DNA of 59,832 bases, filler included, from Jimgerdemannia flammicorona (GCA_003990765.1; 3 parts of 3 records of this genome joined end to end with filler, not necessarily neighbours in it); one strand, 5' to 3'. Shown: positions 37,000 through 49,959, counted from the first letter of the whole stretch. A program made the numbers and translations. Notes: generated by a model not told the origin, from the sequence alone.

Positions 37000-39743
37000 C
37001 TTTCTGAAAATTGTTCATTTGCCAACATAGGATCATACGATGAAACGGTAATTATCATTATCCTCCGAGCTACGGAACGTGGGAACCAATATGACGACAT
37101 TATGTTACGATCACTTCCGGGATTGCCATGCATGGATGCTTTCAATGGCTCGTCGATCAATTATTCAGTCACCATGAAAGGACACTAGCTGTCACACACG
37201 GACCTCCGGATTAACCTAATTCTTCGGGCACGATCCTTGACACAAGCATTGTGATGTAAATTCATCCGAAGCTAACCAAGTTTTAACAATCATGACAGGC
37301 CGCGTCCACAACGCCCGCTTCTAACACCAAAGACATTAATGTCATGATGAACACGCTAGACGCGACGCCGCACTGGAAGATGACCGAAGATGGGTTGGAG
37401 GTGAGGCTTGGGGTTTTTGTGGTTATTTATTTTTGGATTCTGTGCATGGCATTGGGTTCAATGGGGAATGGGATTCTCGTTCGGCGATGCTTTGAGATGA
37501 GAGACCGAGAATGAGGATATTTGAACTTTGAGGAATGGGATAGCGGACGGCTTCGTGAAACAGGAAAATCAAAGCCCAGAACACTGAAAATATTCTGTTA
37601 GCTTCCTTTCTGGTCTGGTCATCAGCGGTGGGCATTCCAGGGCCAACATATTATAACCCAAATCCAACCTCCTTTCGTCTTCCTTTTTCCCATTCTTCGA
37701 TACCTGTATAAATTTTAAATTTACATTTTCTTAACTATTACCCCTCTACGTCTCCCAGATCCGCAACGACCACTCGACCTTCGAGTCCATCCGCGCGACC
37801 ATGTCCGTCATGTCTGGTAAATGGTACTACGAGGTAACACTGCTCACGGGCGGTATCATGCAGATCGGTTGGGCCACACGGAGGTGCCGTTTCGGACCCG
37901 AGGATGGTACAGGCGTTGGTGATGATGACGTAAGTGTGGAGGTGGGAAAAGTGGGATGGGATCGTTAATCATTTCTGGCGCAATGCGATCTAGATCTTCG
38001 TTTCCGATTGAGTCGATGTGCTCATATGTTTCTGTGCTTTTCACGTGGATGACCACGCTGTCTCCGTCGATTTCCGTTGATTTTAGTATGGATTCGGTTT
38101 TGATGGTTGTCGGAACGTAATATGGGTAAGTTCTTGTCAAGACGAGGAACTTTAGTCCTGCTATTTGGTGATTTTGTACATGTGGGTCAATCAACTCATG
38201 TTGTTCCTCCCCTTACAATTGCTGTTCCTCCGGATAGTCAAGTGGTTCTTCGCTCTTCCCGCCTTCCCCCACCCTTTCACCGTGCCGAGCCGGCGACGTC
38301 ATTGGCAGCCTCCTGGACCTGGATGCCGGCAACTGCACCTTTTACGTTAATGGCCGTGATATCGACATCGTGATAGAGTTTGACAAGGCCCAGATGCGCC
38401 GCTTTGTCGGCGATCCCATCCAGCAACACTTTCACCACCACAGCATCGGCTTTCACCACGGCCGCATGACTGATCATGTGCCCCACTCGAGAAGACACAC
38501 GTCGAGTGCGGCTGCGGCGATGGCCGTGGGGATGGGGAATGGGATCGGGGGATTCGGCGCTGCAGACGAGCAGGCTTGTTCGGGATTGTATCCGGCTCTG
38601 AGTCTTACGAGCTATCAGCACGTCATGGTCAACTTTGGAAGGACGCCTTGGAGGTGGGTGATTGACTTGCATGCTGTTTTGGCAGCAGGCTTTTTTTTTT
38701 TTTTTGACTGGGGTTGGGCTGTTTTTGGTGTTTGTTATTTTGCTGGATAATCAGTATGATAGAGTTGATTGTATCGAATACCGTTTGACAACCTTACCGT
38801 TTGGATATATGCTAACTTGGATTCCACTAAACAACAGGTATCCTCCACCAGTCGAATTCAACAATCTTAATGATCGGGGAACCATTTCTGGTACATATGG
38901 AATTCAGTTTCCATGTCTAATCCTTAAAACCGAGCTGTTAATTCTGTTCCGTGCGATACATCCTCTTTGTAAACTAACTCTGCTCAATTCCTCTTCGCGT
39001 CCAGACGACCTCCGATCAAAGATCCTGCAATCGACGCGTCGCCGCCAGTCCCACATCACATCCTCCCGATTTACATCATTCGCCTCGTCCGCCGCGGCCT
39101 CGAGCGCGTCGTCGCCACGTCCTTCGCTCAACATGTTGAAGCGCGACGACCTGATAGCAGTCCTTGACGGTAGCGATGGCGAGGACGACGACGATCGCAA
39201 TAAGTGCTCTATCTGCTTCAGCCACCCGCCCAGTATCGTGCTCAAGCCGTGTAATCATGATGGGTTCTGCATGGCTTGCGCCGTTGTCATGAGAAATTGG
39301 TACGTGCACTGTATGTTATTGCATTTTGTTACTTTGCAGCATATTTTTAGTGATATTCCCTCACATATGTGAAATTATCCGTATTACCCATCCTTCATCA
39401 ACACAGCCCGCTCTGCCGCTCGCCCATCTTGCTCCGGCGCCCTCGCCCGATTCCGATGGGGACCGCTGCCGCTGCCGCTGTCGCCGGTTCGGGCACCATG
39501 CCATGCGGCCCGTCCTCGGCCTCGACCACGCGCTCCTCCTCGCCCGTGTCGCTTAGTTTCCCGACCTCCCCCTTCACCTTTTCCTCCCGGTCCTCTTCCC
39601 CGACGAGTTCCACCATGCCCTGGATGCCCTCACCACCCCTGTCAGAGCCCATGGAGCCCCTACCGATACAAGAGGCGTTGGTGAGGGAGATGGAGAGCGC
39701 GGTATTCGAGAATACGTGGAAAGAGCCGTGGAAAGAGGCGTGA
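35334..39743 (+). CDS. RSPRY1: RING finger and SPRY domain protein (RSPRY1-like E3 ligase, multi-exon)
   Basis: N-terminal helical region (NPMASAFLCHVIDMAALP, RNAAIVWGVLAERLAG, VRLFSLIALEKFALTG); SPRY (IRNDHSTFESIRAT, GKWYYEVTLLTGGIMQIGWAT, GVGDD, LYPALSL...VNFG); C-terminal RING CSIC...PCNHDGFCMAC...CPLCR. Confidence 0.88.
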
Positions 39744-39855
39744 GGAAGGGACCTTGCGGATCCGGAGAGGTGGGGACCGGAGCAAGGAATTCGAGGTGAT
39801 GTAAGCGTTGCGGGTTCTGCTTCACGCCGCAGGCCGATCCCCACTGCCCCCCCCC

Positions 39856-39955
39856 NNNNNNNNNNNNNNNNNNNNNNNNNNNNNNNNNNNNNNNNNNNNT
39901 TAATTAATTAANNNNNNNNNNNNNNNNNNNNNNNNNNNNNNNNNNNNNNNNNNNN
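39856..39955. other. Assembly gap with artificial linker
   Basis: N-run, TTAATTAATTAA, N-run. Confidence 0.97.
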
Positions 39956-41015
39956 AACCACCTCTATCTGCTCACCACTCTACCTATAAATTCCTTTTAC
40001 CAGATGGTAGTGATACCCTCCCTAGGGACCCCACCCAATCCACCACTCTGTCAATATATCTCCCAACAATCTCTCTCATCTTAACAACCCCTTCTACAAA
40101 CTCATCTATTACCCCTCCTTAAAAACAAAGAGCCAATGTCCAGCCAACCCTATCTATATAACAAAGACCCAACCAATAGTGACTCATTCATTGCCCACCC
40201 CACTCACCAACCTAGTTCTCAAATCTTCCCAGCGACCTCTCTCCCTATCTGGTCTCCTCTTCACACCCAGACAGTCCCCTACTACTATCCAAAAGTCTCC
40301 CAGAACCTTACACTCTATCAGTCAATATTCAGGCATCTGCACAAATCTCCCAACTTATCCTATATTAAAACAAGCCTCACATTCCAGTATACTACCATTT
40401 ACCAGATGTCTAGCATGGAAATTCAACATAATATTCCTCTGTAGTATCTGCCACCATACTACCCAGTACTTGGAAGAAAGCCACTGCCACACCTCAGTAC
40501 TCTATTTCCAGACTTCTGCTCAATCTCACTCCTTGCCAATCCTCACTACTTGCCAACCATCAGGCCAAAGATTCTGACCAAGTCTCCTCTGATACTCTAC
40601 TTTATTGCTAATATCAAACTCAATAAAGAGAGCACTTACTAGAAGCAGTCTGTTCTATCTCCACATAGCTGGTCTCCACAGCATCTCCCCTTCATTGTTA
40701 CTCCAGCACAGGTCAATGCAGTATGCACTATCTGCTACCCCCCCCACCAGAAGTCTTTATACTATAATCTTTGACTTCCACCCAGGTCTACTAGAAAAAG
40801 CAAATCCCCCAAGAACTCTCTTAGGGAGAATCTTATCTCCCACACCTTCTGCATCAAAGGCACCCATCCCCCTCTCTGTAGTTCTATCACCCACTTTAAC
40901 CACTAAGCTCTCAGGTAGTACAGCCTCTTAGGAAAGTCCACCAGTTCTAGCTCCTCTCAAACTACTGGCATTGAAAGAGTATCTCAACTAATCTGGACAT
41001 GCCTCTCAGCATCTT
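39956..41015 (-). mobile_element. Degenerate fragment of a related LINE family (3' part of ORF2)
   Basis: Patchy similarity to the LINE copies (caatattcaggcatctgcacaaatctcc, cacccagtact, ggaaagtccaccagt); C-rich plus strand; CpG-depleted. Confidence 0.75.
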
Positions 41016-41880
41016 AGTAAATATAACTAAGTAAAGAACTTCTTGATATATATATATATGTCAAGTCTCTAAGTAATATATATCTTATTATTCAAGTTAT
41101 CTAAGAATACAAAAGGGGTTAAAATAAGTATTATTATAAATAAGCTAATTAAATCTCATTAGTAGATAGTATTTTATATTAAGAAATATTATGGAGAAAT
41201 TAAAAACTATTACTAAATTTAATATAATTAATATATATAGAAGTAAAATTAATATACTCTGATCAATATTATTTCTTTAGATATTATATATATAATACTC
41301 TCTTTTGAGAAATCTTAGTATATTATTATAATAATCTCTTTAAAAAACCAAAGTAATATATCTGCTATTTATATTTAATTTTATAGTAGTTATAATTAGA
41401 TATAATCTAATAGTAATTCTGTTTTACTGTTAATTATTTTGAGATATATATAATTAAAATATTAAATTTGAATAGTAGTTTTTGATTCAAAATCTAAGAT
41501 ATAGATAGAATAGCTAAAGTATATAAAGGACAACAAGTGTATTTTATAATAGTTAATAGTAATATTAAAGTATATAAGTATAAACATATTTATAAAAAGA
41601 ATAAATAAGTATACTTTGAATATTGCTATTGGCCCTATAATACTTATTACTATTAGATATAAAATATATCCTCTTTATTAGAGAAATTATGCTATTGATA
41701 ATCCAATGTTCACAATCTGTATTTTGCACAATAATAACCAAGTTAATGTCTTTGAGTTTATAGCTCAGTATAGTTCAGCATTAGCCTAGAGCAAAATATA
41801 TTATATATTAGCCAATAGCAGAATGTATATCTTGGTCTATGATGTCAAAATGAAGCTGTTCTGTGCATCATGATGTTAAA
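41016..41880. other. Extremely AT/TpA-rich decayed DNA
   Basis: Base composition; no ORFs. Confidence 0.6.
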
Positions 41881-43785
41881 CTGAACTGCTATATAAGTAC
41901 AGCTGGAATTAACTGGACTATGTATTGGGTGTTTTGTATATACCAGTAAAGGCTCTGTATTTGAAAATAAAATTCAGAATATATATGCCCCCTCCCACCT
42001 ATCCCTCTTGGTTGAAGGGCAATAAACGGCCCCCTTCGCATATGAACGCGAATGGCGGGCCTTGGGAAGCGCATGCTTCCTTATAACCAAACCCATTACA
42101 TTACATTACATTACATTTTCTTCGTAATACGTATTTTCGTTACATTTATTTCTATGCCGGGGTTTTTTATTGCGACGTTTACATTTATTGTACGCCGGTC
42201 TTTATGCGACGAGACACTTTGCAATTGCACTCCAGCCGCCTGAAATTGCACTATCAGGTCCAGTCCTATCAGGTCCAGTCTTCAGCACTATCAATCATCA
42301 GTGCTATTGGACTATTACAGCTCGTTAGTTATGCACTACCAATAAATGAATAACTGGGTTTTTGCTATATTATAAATACCCCCATGGATTTCCTTCCTAA
42401 ACCCAACCAAACATGCGTCCAAATAAGCGAGCTAAACAATTGCATCTTGGTGCTGGAACCGCGGTCAGTCTACAAAGACCTAAACTGGCTCGAGATGCGC
42501 CGCGCAGGCCACAAAGTGGAGGTGTCCGAATCAGCTTCCCCCTGTTTGCAGCGAACAACTCGTCCCGCTTCACATTGCGGGCGGAGCTCGATCCTGATCG
42601 CCACGTGATACGCATCTCGTTTTTACATCGCGAGCAGAGCTCGACCAGCACAATGGCGCTGATCCCAAAGATGCCAGATCGTGGCGTGACATCAGGGACT
42701 GGCTTGTGGGCGGACGGAGGACGGCTTGATCCATCGGTTGCAACTCCGTTGTTCCAGATATCAGATTGCCTTTTATTTATTTTTGTTATTGTTATTCGCA
42801 TGTATTTTATAGCTTCGTGTACTTCTTAATTGTGAGGTACGTGGAGATTAATTTTGATTTTCATATGTGGTTATTGAATGTCATTCCATCCATCACCCAC
42901 TTGTTCTAATGTTTCACGTGTTCATATTCTACATCTCTCCAAACTATGGAATCGTCTAGCTAAGTGTATATACACGAGTAGAAACAAACTTGAGGAGAGA
43001 AAAATCAGAGATCATTATCAATTCATGGAATACCATCACACTGCCTCCCTTCGTCGTAATGCCAACAGGTGGATGGAAGCTGATTAGCCATTTGTGAAAT
43101 CGCATTTTCCAGTTCTCTGTCCACCTTGTGCGCACGATGCAGGAAATACTCTGTGCGGTTCCAACAGTAAGTCAGAATGTGGACAGACTGTGAAAAATGC
43201 TCGTGAACTGACTGATAGTTTGAACATTCCTACTCGAGATGTAAAGATGGGCTCCGAGAGGACCTCATTCCAGGCTGTCGATAATATTTTCCGCAATGAA
43301 TCTGTCCAAGTGGCCCACCGCTAACCAACTCACCCTTGCCCCAGGCCAATGGGAACTTCCTCACAAAGGTCCATAATCAATTCTCTGAACAAGAAAGGAA
43401 AGGCTATTTCGTCGCTCCAACCAATCTGCCAGTTTCTCCTTAACACGAACGTGGCAATCGCTTTCAGTACTCCTTTTTCTTAACTTCGCATTCTTTCAAT
43501 CTGCCGAAGAGTGCCACCAGTCTTGAACTGCAGATACTACCACAGGGGTGGAGTCACACCTGGTGACGAGTGCTGCCATGACAGGCCCGTATTCTTGATC
43601 TCAGTCAAGACCATTATAAACATGAGCCTTTGGCATTTTAATTGACAGATGGCCAGCCCTGACAATGACCTCAACCTTCTTTGATGTGCAATACTCCAGT
43701 CGTTTGGACTGTTGTAGGTCATTTGACAGACACCAACTTTTTAGCCAGTCCAAATATCGGATTGGACGATCTTGATTATATATAT

Positions 43786-45125
43786 TGTAACGTGCCTGGC
43801 TCAATGGAGGCAAATTACAAGGTTGGGGGTTGATGTAGTTTGGCTTGAGCCCCCAGTTACTTTGCTAAAAGCAACAAAATGTTCTAAGATTCCTGAGGTC
43901 CTTGGTGTTTGGTGGTATAATAGTCAAAGCTGGATATCTGCGAGCGATTTCCTTATTGGGACGGTTCTCTGGGTGTAGCGGCGATTTGTGTGTAAATGGG
44001 TTTCCTTCTTGGGTCAACTGGGAATTGGTAGAAATTCGTGTGTAGCGTGACGATCTCTGTGTGGCGCGGCGGGTTCCTTATGTGGGTTCTTTATGCGGGA
44101 CGATCTGGCGATTTAGCGGTTTCCTTCTTGGGTGGCGGCGATCTCCAAAAGTATGCGATTTCTGGCGGATAACTCGATTTGGCTCACTGGGAACAAACGA
44201 ATAACTCGGATGTCGCGGATTCTTCTGAATCGGCGGTTTCAATCTGGGAAATAACTCGGATGGCGTGAGTTCTTCCGAATCGGGCTCTTCTGGGAATAAT
44301 AACTCGGGTGACGCGGATTCTTCCTGAATCGGCGGCTTCAACTGAGAATGCGGATAACTTGAAAACGGCGGATGACGCGGATTCTCCGGAATCGGCGGGC
44401 TTCTGGGAAATAACTCGGATGGCGCGGATTCTTCCTGAATCGGCGGCTTCAACTGGGAAACGTGCTGGCGGCTTCTTGGAAAGGGTCTCTTGGCAAAGTT
44501 GCGTCAAAGACTGGCTTGTGGCAAGAAAGGCGGGCTCTCTGGGAACGCGGCAAATAACTTGGAAACGGCGGCAAAGTTCTTCCTTGAACTTGGGCGGCAA
44601 ACTTCAGGCTTATCTGGCAAGTGAACCAAAAACGGACTCGTTCTTTGTATCGGAAAGTGGACCGGAGTGGAAAAAGAGAACCAATGCTCACAATCTCCTA
44701 GTGGTGGCTTTAGAGCGGCCGTTTCTCCTAAGTGTTGCAATCCTTCCTGGATCAAGTGGCTTTTGGCAGGCATATCCCTTGAAGTGTAATAGGCAGACTT
44801 GTCTTTTGCAATTTCGGACTGAGGTTTATTCACTCTTGTCTCTGGGGTAATTTATACATTGTGGTTGCTATCTGGTTGCTATGTGGCTAACTATAGATTT
44901 GCTACTTATGGCAGGTGTACAGAGTCTGTATGGTGTACAGAGTCTGTATGGGTAAACAGACCCTATCTGGTATGTCTGGCTAATTATAAGTGTGGCAGGC
45001 ATGAGTAGCTATGATACACTGGAAGTCACGTCATGCTGGGAGCCAACGTCATCTGGTTAAGTATGCTAATTGTTCGCGTCATCTGGCTAAGCTATAATTC
45101 GGGTGGTACGTTTTGGTTTGTTACA
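43786..45125 (-). mobile_element. Intact solo LTR of Gypsy family A with target-site duplication
   Basis: TGTAAC...GTTACA termini; ATAT (or ATATAT) on both sides within an AT microsatellite; no PBS or PPT adjacent; CpG-rich; internal ~50-bp tandem repeats at 44180-44470. Confidence 0.95.
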
Positions 45126-46459
45126 ATATATATTTATAATATATATTTCTCTATTATTAAATAAATAAATAAAAAAGACTAAAGTTGGAAGTTTAAACTA
45201 CATACTATCAAGATTGGCCACAGCACACCATGTTATAGCCATTGGTTATATTTATATAATGACCAAAATTTCTACAGCAAAATCAGCACATGGACAACCA
45301 GTGATGGTATGAACCGCACTAACAGAAGGCGCAATGGTTGGTTTATATTCCCCACTGGGATTTGAATTTCGGGCGCGGCAATAGCATGTGATTGACTAGC
45401 AATCACAAATATAGAGCGGCGTGATCTACCGTCGAAAACGTCTAAGAGGGCTGGACACTTACCTGGGTCCACGAGAGGTAGAGGTTCCATCCGTAAATTC
45501 GTACATGCGATTGCATGCTGATCGCACAGGATTGCCACACCTTTGAGTATATCTGATGGCGACAGTTGAGAAATCATGCCAAGAGGCGTTTGGCATCTTT
45601 TGTCCACCTTTTAGAGGTAGGCGGGAGTCTCGGTAATAAATACTTTGATTACTGCGAAAAGCAAAAGCCAACTTGCATAATGAAACCGAAGTCAACGTCT
45701 TACACCGGAAATGTCAACAAGAACTACATATTACAGAAGATCACTATCCTCTCCGACTCTATGGACATTGCCAAGATCGCTATATTATTTGGTGTGGCTC
45801 GCACGCCAAACGCCACTTCGATCGTATCTCGATTATTCGAACGATGACCAGGAACGTTCACCACTCTGACCATATTATACCCTTCCCTTATCTAATGGCG
45901 ATAAAGAAATAAAAATAATGAGGCAGCGCCGACATTATAATAATATTTATTTTTCTGTCGCATGCGCGCATCGGCCACGATGGATTATTTTGATGGACAG
46001 CATTAGAACCTGACGTAACGCCAATTCGATTCTATGACTCTATGCAATAGAACTGGTACTGGATAACCATTAAACAACAATCTTGCTGGGCAGTATTGAA
46101 GCAAAAAATGAAGTATAGAAGAAAAGAAATGTTGGATCAATGGAAGCAATACATACGTCGCGCATCATTCCTGGCTATAATTATATCGTCTTGTATTTTT
46201 TGGTCCTAATGCTCGAGGACCGGTGTAAGCGAGTGGCGGTGCTCACAAACGCCTAAAGACGCCGTGCTCACAGATACTGGGTACGGCAACGGATAGCTCG
46301 AGTCATTTCGATAGAGAGGGCGGTATTTTATCCGACATACAGTATCGCTCTACTCCAAAACAAATTTAAGCTGGGGTTGGTATGGTCGAGAAAAGAAAAA
46401 ATGTTAGAAGAATATGCGTTTCATCCAACTCATCAATGAGCCAAAAGAAAAGCAAATCA

Positions 46460-46963
46460 GGTCGCGAATGGTGGGGGGCAGTTACTAACTGATGCTCCAA
46501 GGAGTTTCCCACCATCCCACTACGTCAGTAATTACTAATCCTCCTGATCAGGTAATATCTGTCAGAAGATCCCTTCCGCCACTAGAGCGGGTCGCGAGTG
46601 GTGGGGGGCAGTTAATAACTGATGTTCCAAGTGCAGGTAACACCTGTCGAGGAATTTCCCATCCCTTCACTTGGGTAGTAATTACTGATACTCTGATCTC
46701 TTCTAAGTAACGCGGGTCGCGAATTGTGGGGGCCAGTTAATAACTGATGCTCCTAGCGCAGGTAATACCAGTCGAGGAGTTTCCCCACCTATCACTTGGG
46801 CAGTAATTATAATACTCCTGATGAGGTAATACCTCTCAGAAGGTCCCTTCCGCAACTAAGCAAAGCGGAGGTAAGGGGCTGCTCCAAGCGCAGGTAATAC
46901 CTGTCGAGGAGTTTCCTCACCATCACTTGGAAAGTAATTACTGAAAGCCCCTTCCGCCACTAA
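46460..46963. repeat. Tandem repeat, 4 units of ~100-155 bp rich in palindromes
   Basis: Units start near 46460, 46588, 46712 and 46865; they share cagtta(a/c)taactg, caggtaatacctg, ggagtttccc, gtaattactg and cccttccgc. Confidence 0.9.
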
Positions 46964-47225
46964 ATTCGAAAATAACCAGTAAATTCGAAAATAGTTTAGT
47001 TACCTTCGCTCGGTCCATTTGCGTCAAAAAAGTTGTATACGACCAAAGGTCAGGAGCAAGCCCTTGATGGGCCACAGGCGCAATCAAAAGAGGAATGTGG
47101 CGATGAGTATAGTGAAGATTCGGATAATTTTCAAAATTAATGGGAAGTTCCCTATAAGAGAAACCGATTCAGGTGGAGGGTTTGCCTAAGAGCGGAAATA
47201 CAGTGTGAGAACACGATATTTACCT

Positions 47226-47700
47226 TTATTTGGTCACGTCAAAATTCTTTCCCATCTTCGCTTGCTTCTTCTTCTTGGGGGTCGGATGACAGTCAGGAAT
47301 GTCGGCAAGCTCTATTTTGCGCTTTGACTCAACGCCGAGAGTCTTCCATCTCGCTAAGGCCTTTTCCTCGACCCCTCCACCTGCACTGTTCACGATGTTC
47401 ATGGTGCGCACAATGACATTCTGAATACCCAAAAAAAAAAAATTGAGTATTGCAAGAATGAATAACACTATACTGCAGTATCAAGTTTATCAGTAAACGA
47501 ACCTTGGCGTATAAAATTGCCACCAACGCATCTAATGACTGGTCAAACCTTTGAACGTCGGCATAGACCTCGTAAGGTGGATGTATCGTATATCGGCAAA
47601 TATATCCTTTCGGACAATCGAGCTTGGTGGTTATAAGCATAGCACCTAATACAAAAAAAGAAAAGAGCAATTGATTCCATATAGTCATTTATGTCAGTCT

Positions 47701-47733
<33 letters not shown>

Positions 47734-49918
47734 AACTTTATACCAACCTGCATGGATAAATCCTGGCACGTCGATTGCTCTAATTTTTTCTTCATCAAAT
47801 TTAACTTCTCGTGCAAGAGACATGAAAATGTCTTTTAGTTGTCTTGGTAAAACTAGCCCGCATTCTTGTAGTAACTTCGTACCCTTGATGCCTTCCCAAT
47901 ATGGTCCTGCTTCCGAGGATGCCCAATCAACCAGTCGCTGTCCGACGCTCCTCACATACCCATCGCCTTTTTTGCCAACCACTTTGCGTTGTGTGGGAAG
48001 TTCATTGGCTAGTGTTCGAAACAAATTTTTTCTTTCTGTACTGGCAATGCCAGCTCTTTCACCTCTAAAATATGCAAAAAGGTATAAAAAATAAATAAAT
48101 AAATAAATAGATAAATAAATAGATAAACCAACGTACGTACAGCTGGTTGCATCTTTAAGATGCCCATTATTAATTGAGATGAGCCCAGTGAGCCTTTCTC
48201 AGTTTGTAATACTTACCCAACAACAACCACATACGGAATGTTTGAAAAGGCGATGTCGATGCACCGCCAAACATTGGTTCGATACCAAGCCTCAGGAAGG
48301 TCCAAGGTGAGGGGATTTGGGTCCGCCTCGAGAAGTAAAATCCTATTCAAAGAGATATTAAGCTATTATAATAGCTATGAAGATATTACTGACATTATTC
48401 AGAAAGACCAAATACTTACCAGTCGGCAACCGTCGACTTCACATGATTATATGGAAAATCCGTTTTCGGATTATACCCTTCTCCTAATTTAGGATGTGGT
48501 CGGTTGAGTTCTTTCCGAATCTCTGCAGTGCTTAGCTGTATTATGATAATAAATAAAATTATATAGATTGACAAAAGAAATAAAAAGAAAGTATATATAA
48601 AGTATATAATTAACTTACTTTGGCGAAGGAACTGATGAATTTTAACAAATCCGAATCCAAAGCTGGAGGATTTCGAACCCTTTCATACACTATTTCGTTC
48701 AACTCCTCGTCGGTGAAATGAGAGCGGATGTAGTCATCCTCTGGATTTATTATAAAAGAGTGCACCAAACTAAAAAAAAAAAAAAAATTTTTGTAGTTAA
48801 AAATCATCGGTGATGGCAGATCTTGGAAGATAGAACGTTAAATACGTACTTATGGTACTTGCACTCTTTGCCCAACTCATGTACAACATCTTCGACATAT
48901 CGTCCACTATTAAGCCTCCATTTGCAGCTTGGCTTCATCTTTTCGAACCTACACATAAAATAAAAAAGTTAAGCTCAAGTTTCAAGTTAGAGAAGATGCG
49001 GAAAAATGTAACATACCGTTTTGTAAACAGTTCACGGTCTTTAACGTCGAATTCTTTGACATTTTTGGGAGATGGAGAGCTTTCATGTTCGTAAGCCCGT
49101 CGTAAACCCTGTTATATGTCATTAGAATATTATTATAAACCTCTTCCGTCAGCAAAATTATATCGGCATAACAGTTTGTAGCGTATGAACTCGTGAAAGG
49201 TTTTCTATATATTGGCACTTACCGGAACAGTGGAGTCTGGCGCATCCGGCGTGCTTGCGGTAGACTCTCCGGCGCTCCTTAACTTGGCTTCCTATATTGA
49301 TTAGATTTTTAACTTTGAGTGTTGCGTAAGTGAGCGTAGTGCGATATTAATATTTGGTAATAGTATATATACCTTATCAGACATTATGCTAGTCCAGAAC
49401 GAATTCAGACTGGAGTTGGCCCGCTCTAAATCCAACTAGTTGGGGAAAAAAAAAAAAAAAAAAAAAAGGTTAACCAATTAGAAGGATACGTGTTTTGTCG
49501 AAACTCTTCAATCAGGCAAAACAAAAAGCAAAGCAGGTCACGAAAGGTGGGTCTGAAGGTCCCTTCGAAAATAATCACCTTGATTTGATTTGCATGTTCA
49601 AGCTCCGGTTTCAATTCCGTGGCCGCCAGAAGAAACCTCTTCGTCCATGTACCATCGAGCCCCTTCCAATCTCTTGAGAATGGTGGGGACTCGACGATCA
49701 TGGCATGGTTTTCTTTCAAAAAGCTTATATACGACCAAAGGTCAGGAGTACGCCCTTGGAGGTATGTCACCAGCTCTATCAAAAGAGAAATACGTATTAT
49801 TAATACCTTGGATTTGAATATGCAAAAAAATAAACTTTCTCACTGCCTTTCGCATTAGTATAATACTATACTTGCCAGTATAGCCAGAGTACAATTCTGC
49901 GACATCCGTGCGGGACAT
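47226..49918 (-). CDS. Crinkler-type / lineage-expanded protein with a C-terminal PD-(D/E)XK-like nuclease domain (multi-exon)
   Basis: Exons MSRTDVAELYSGYT|ELVTYLQGRTPDLWSYISFL..., VHSFIINPED, LPEAWYRTNVWRCID, GKKGDGYVR...SSEAG...TKLLQECGLVLPRQLKD and KLDCPKGYICR. The D...EAG...K arrangement resembles CR-REase domains of Mucoromycota. Intactness not fully verified. Confidence 0.65.
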
Positions 49919-49959
49919 AGTCAACAACAAACAAGCGGAGGGTTCCCTAAGAACGCGCA

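Noticed and set aside
42955..43785. Frame with only TGA stops as a sign of genetic code 4 (mitochondrial or Mollicutes-endobacterial transfer)
   Set aside because: TGG is used often, GC is moderate, there is no recognisable homology, and CGA->TGA decay explains it more simply.
46815..46840. Hammerhead ribozyme at CTGATGAG
   Set aside because: No GAAA after stem II on the same strand, so the catalytic core is incomplete.
21065..49470. Many long intronic poly(A)/poly(T) runs as retroposon tails
   Set aside because: No element bodies or TSDs attached; mostly poly(T) in the sense strand of introns, consistent with slippage-expanded homopolymers.
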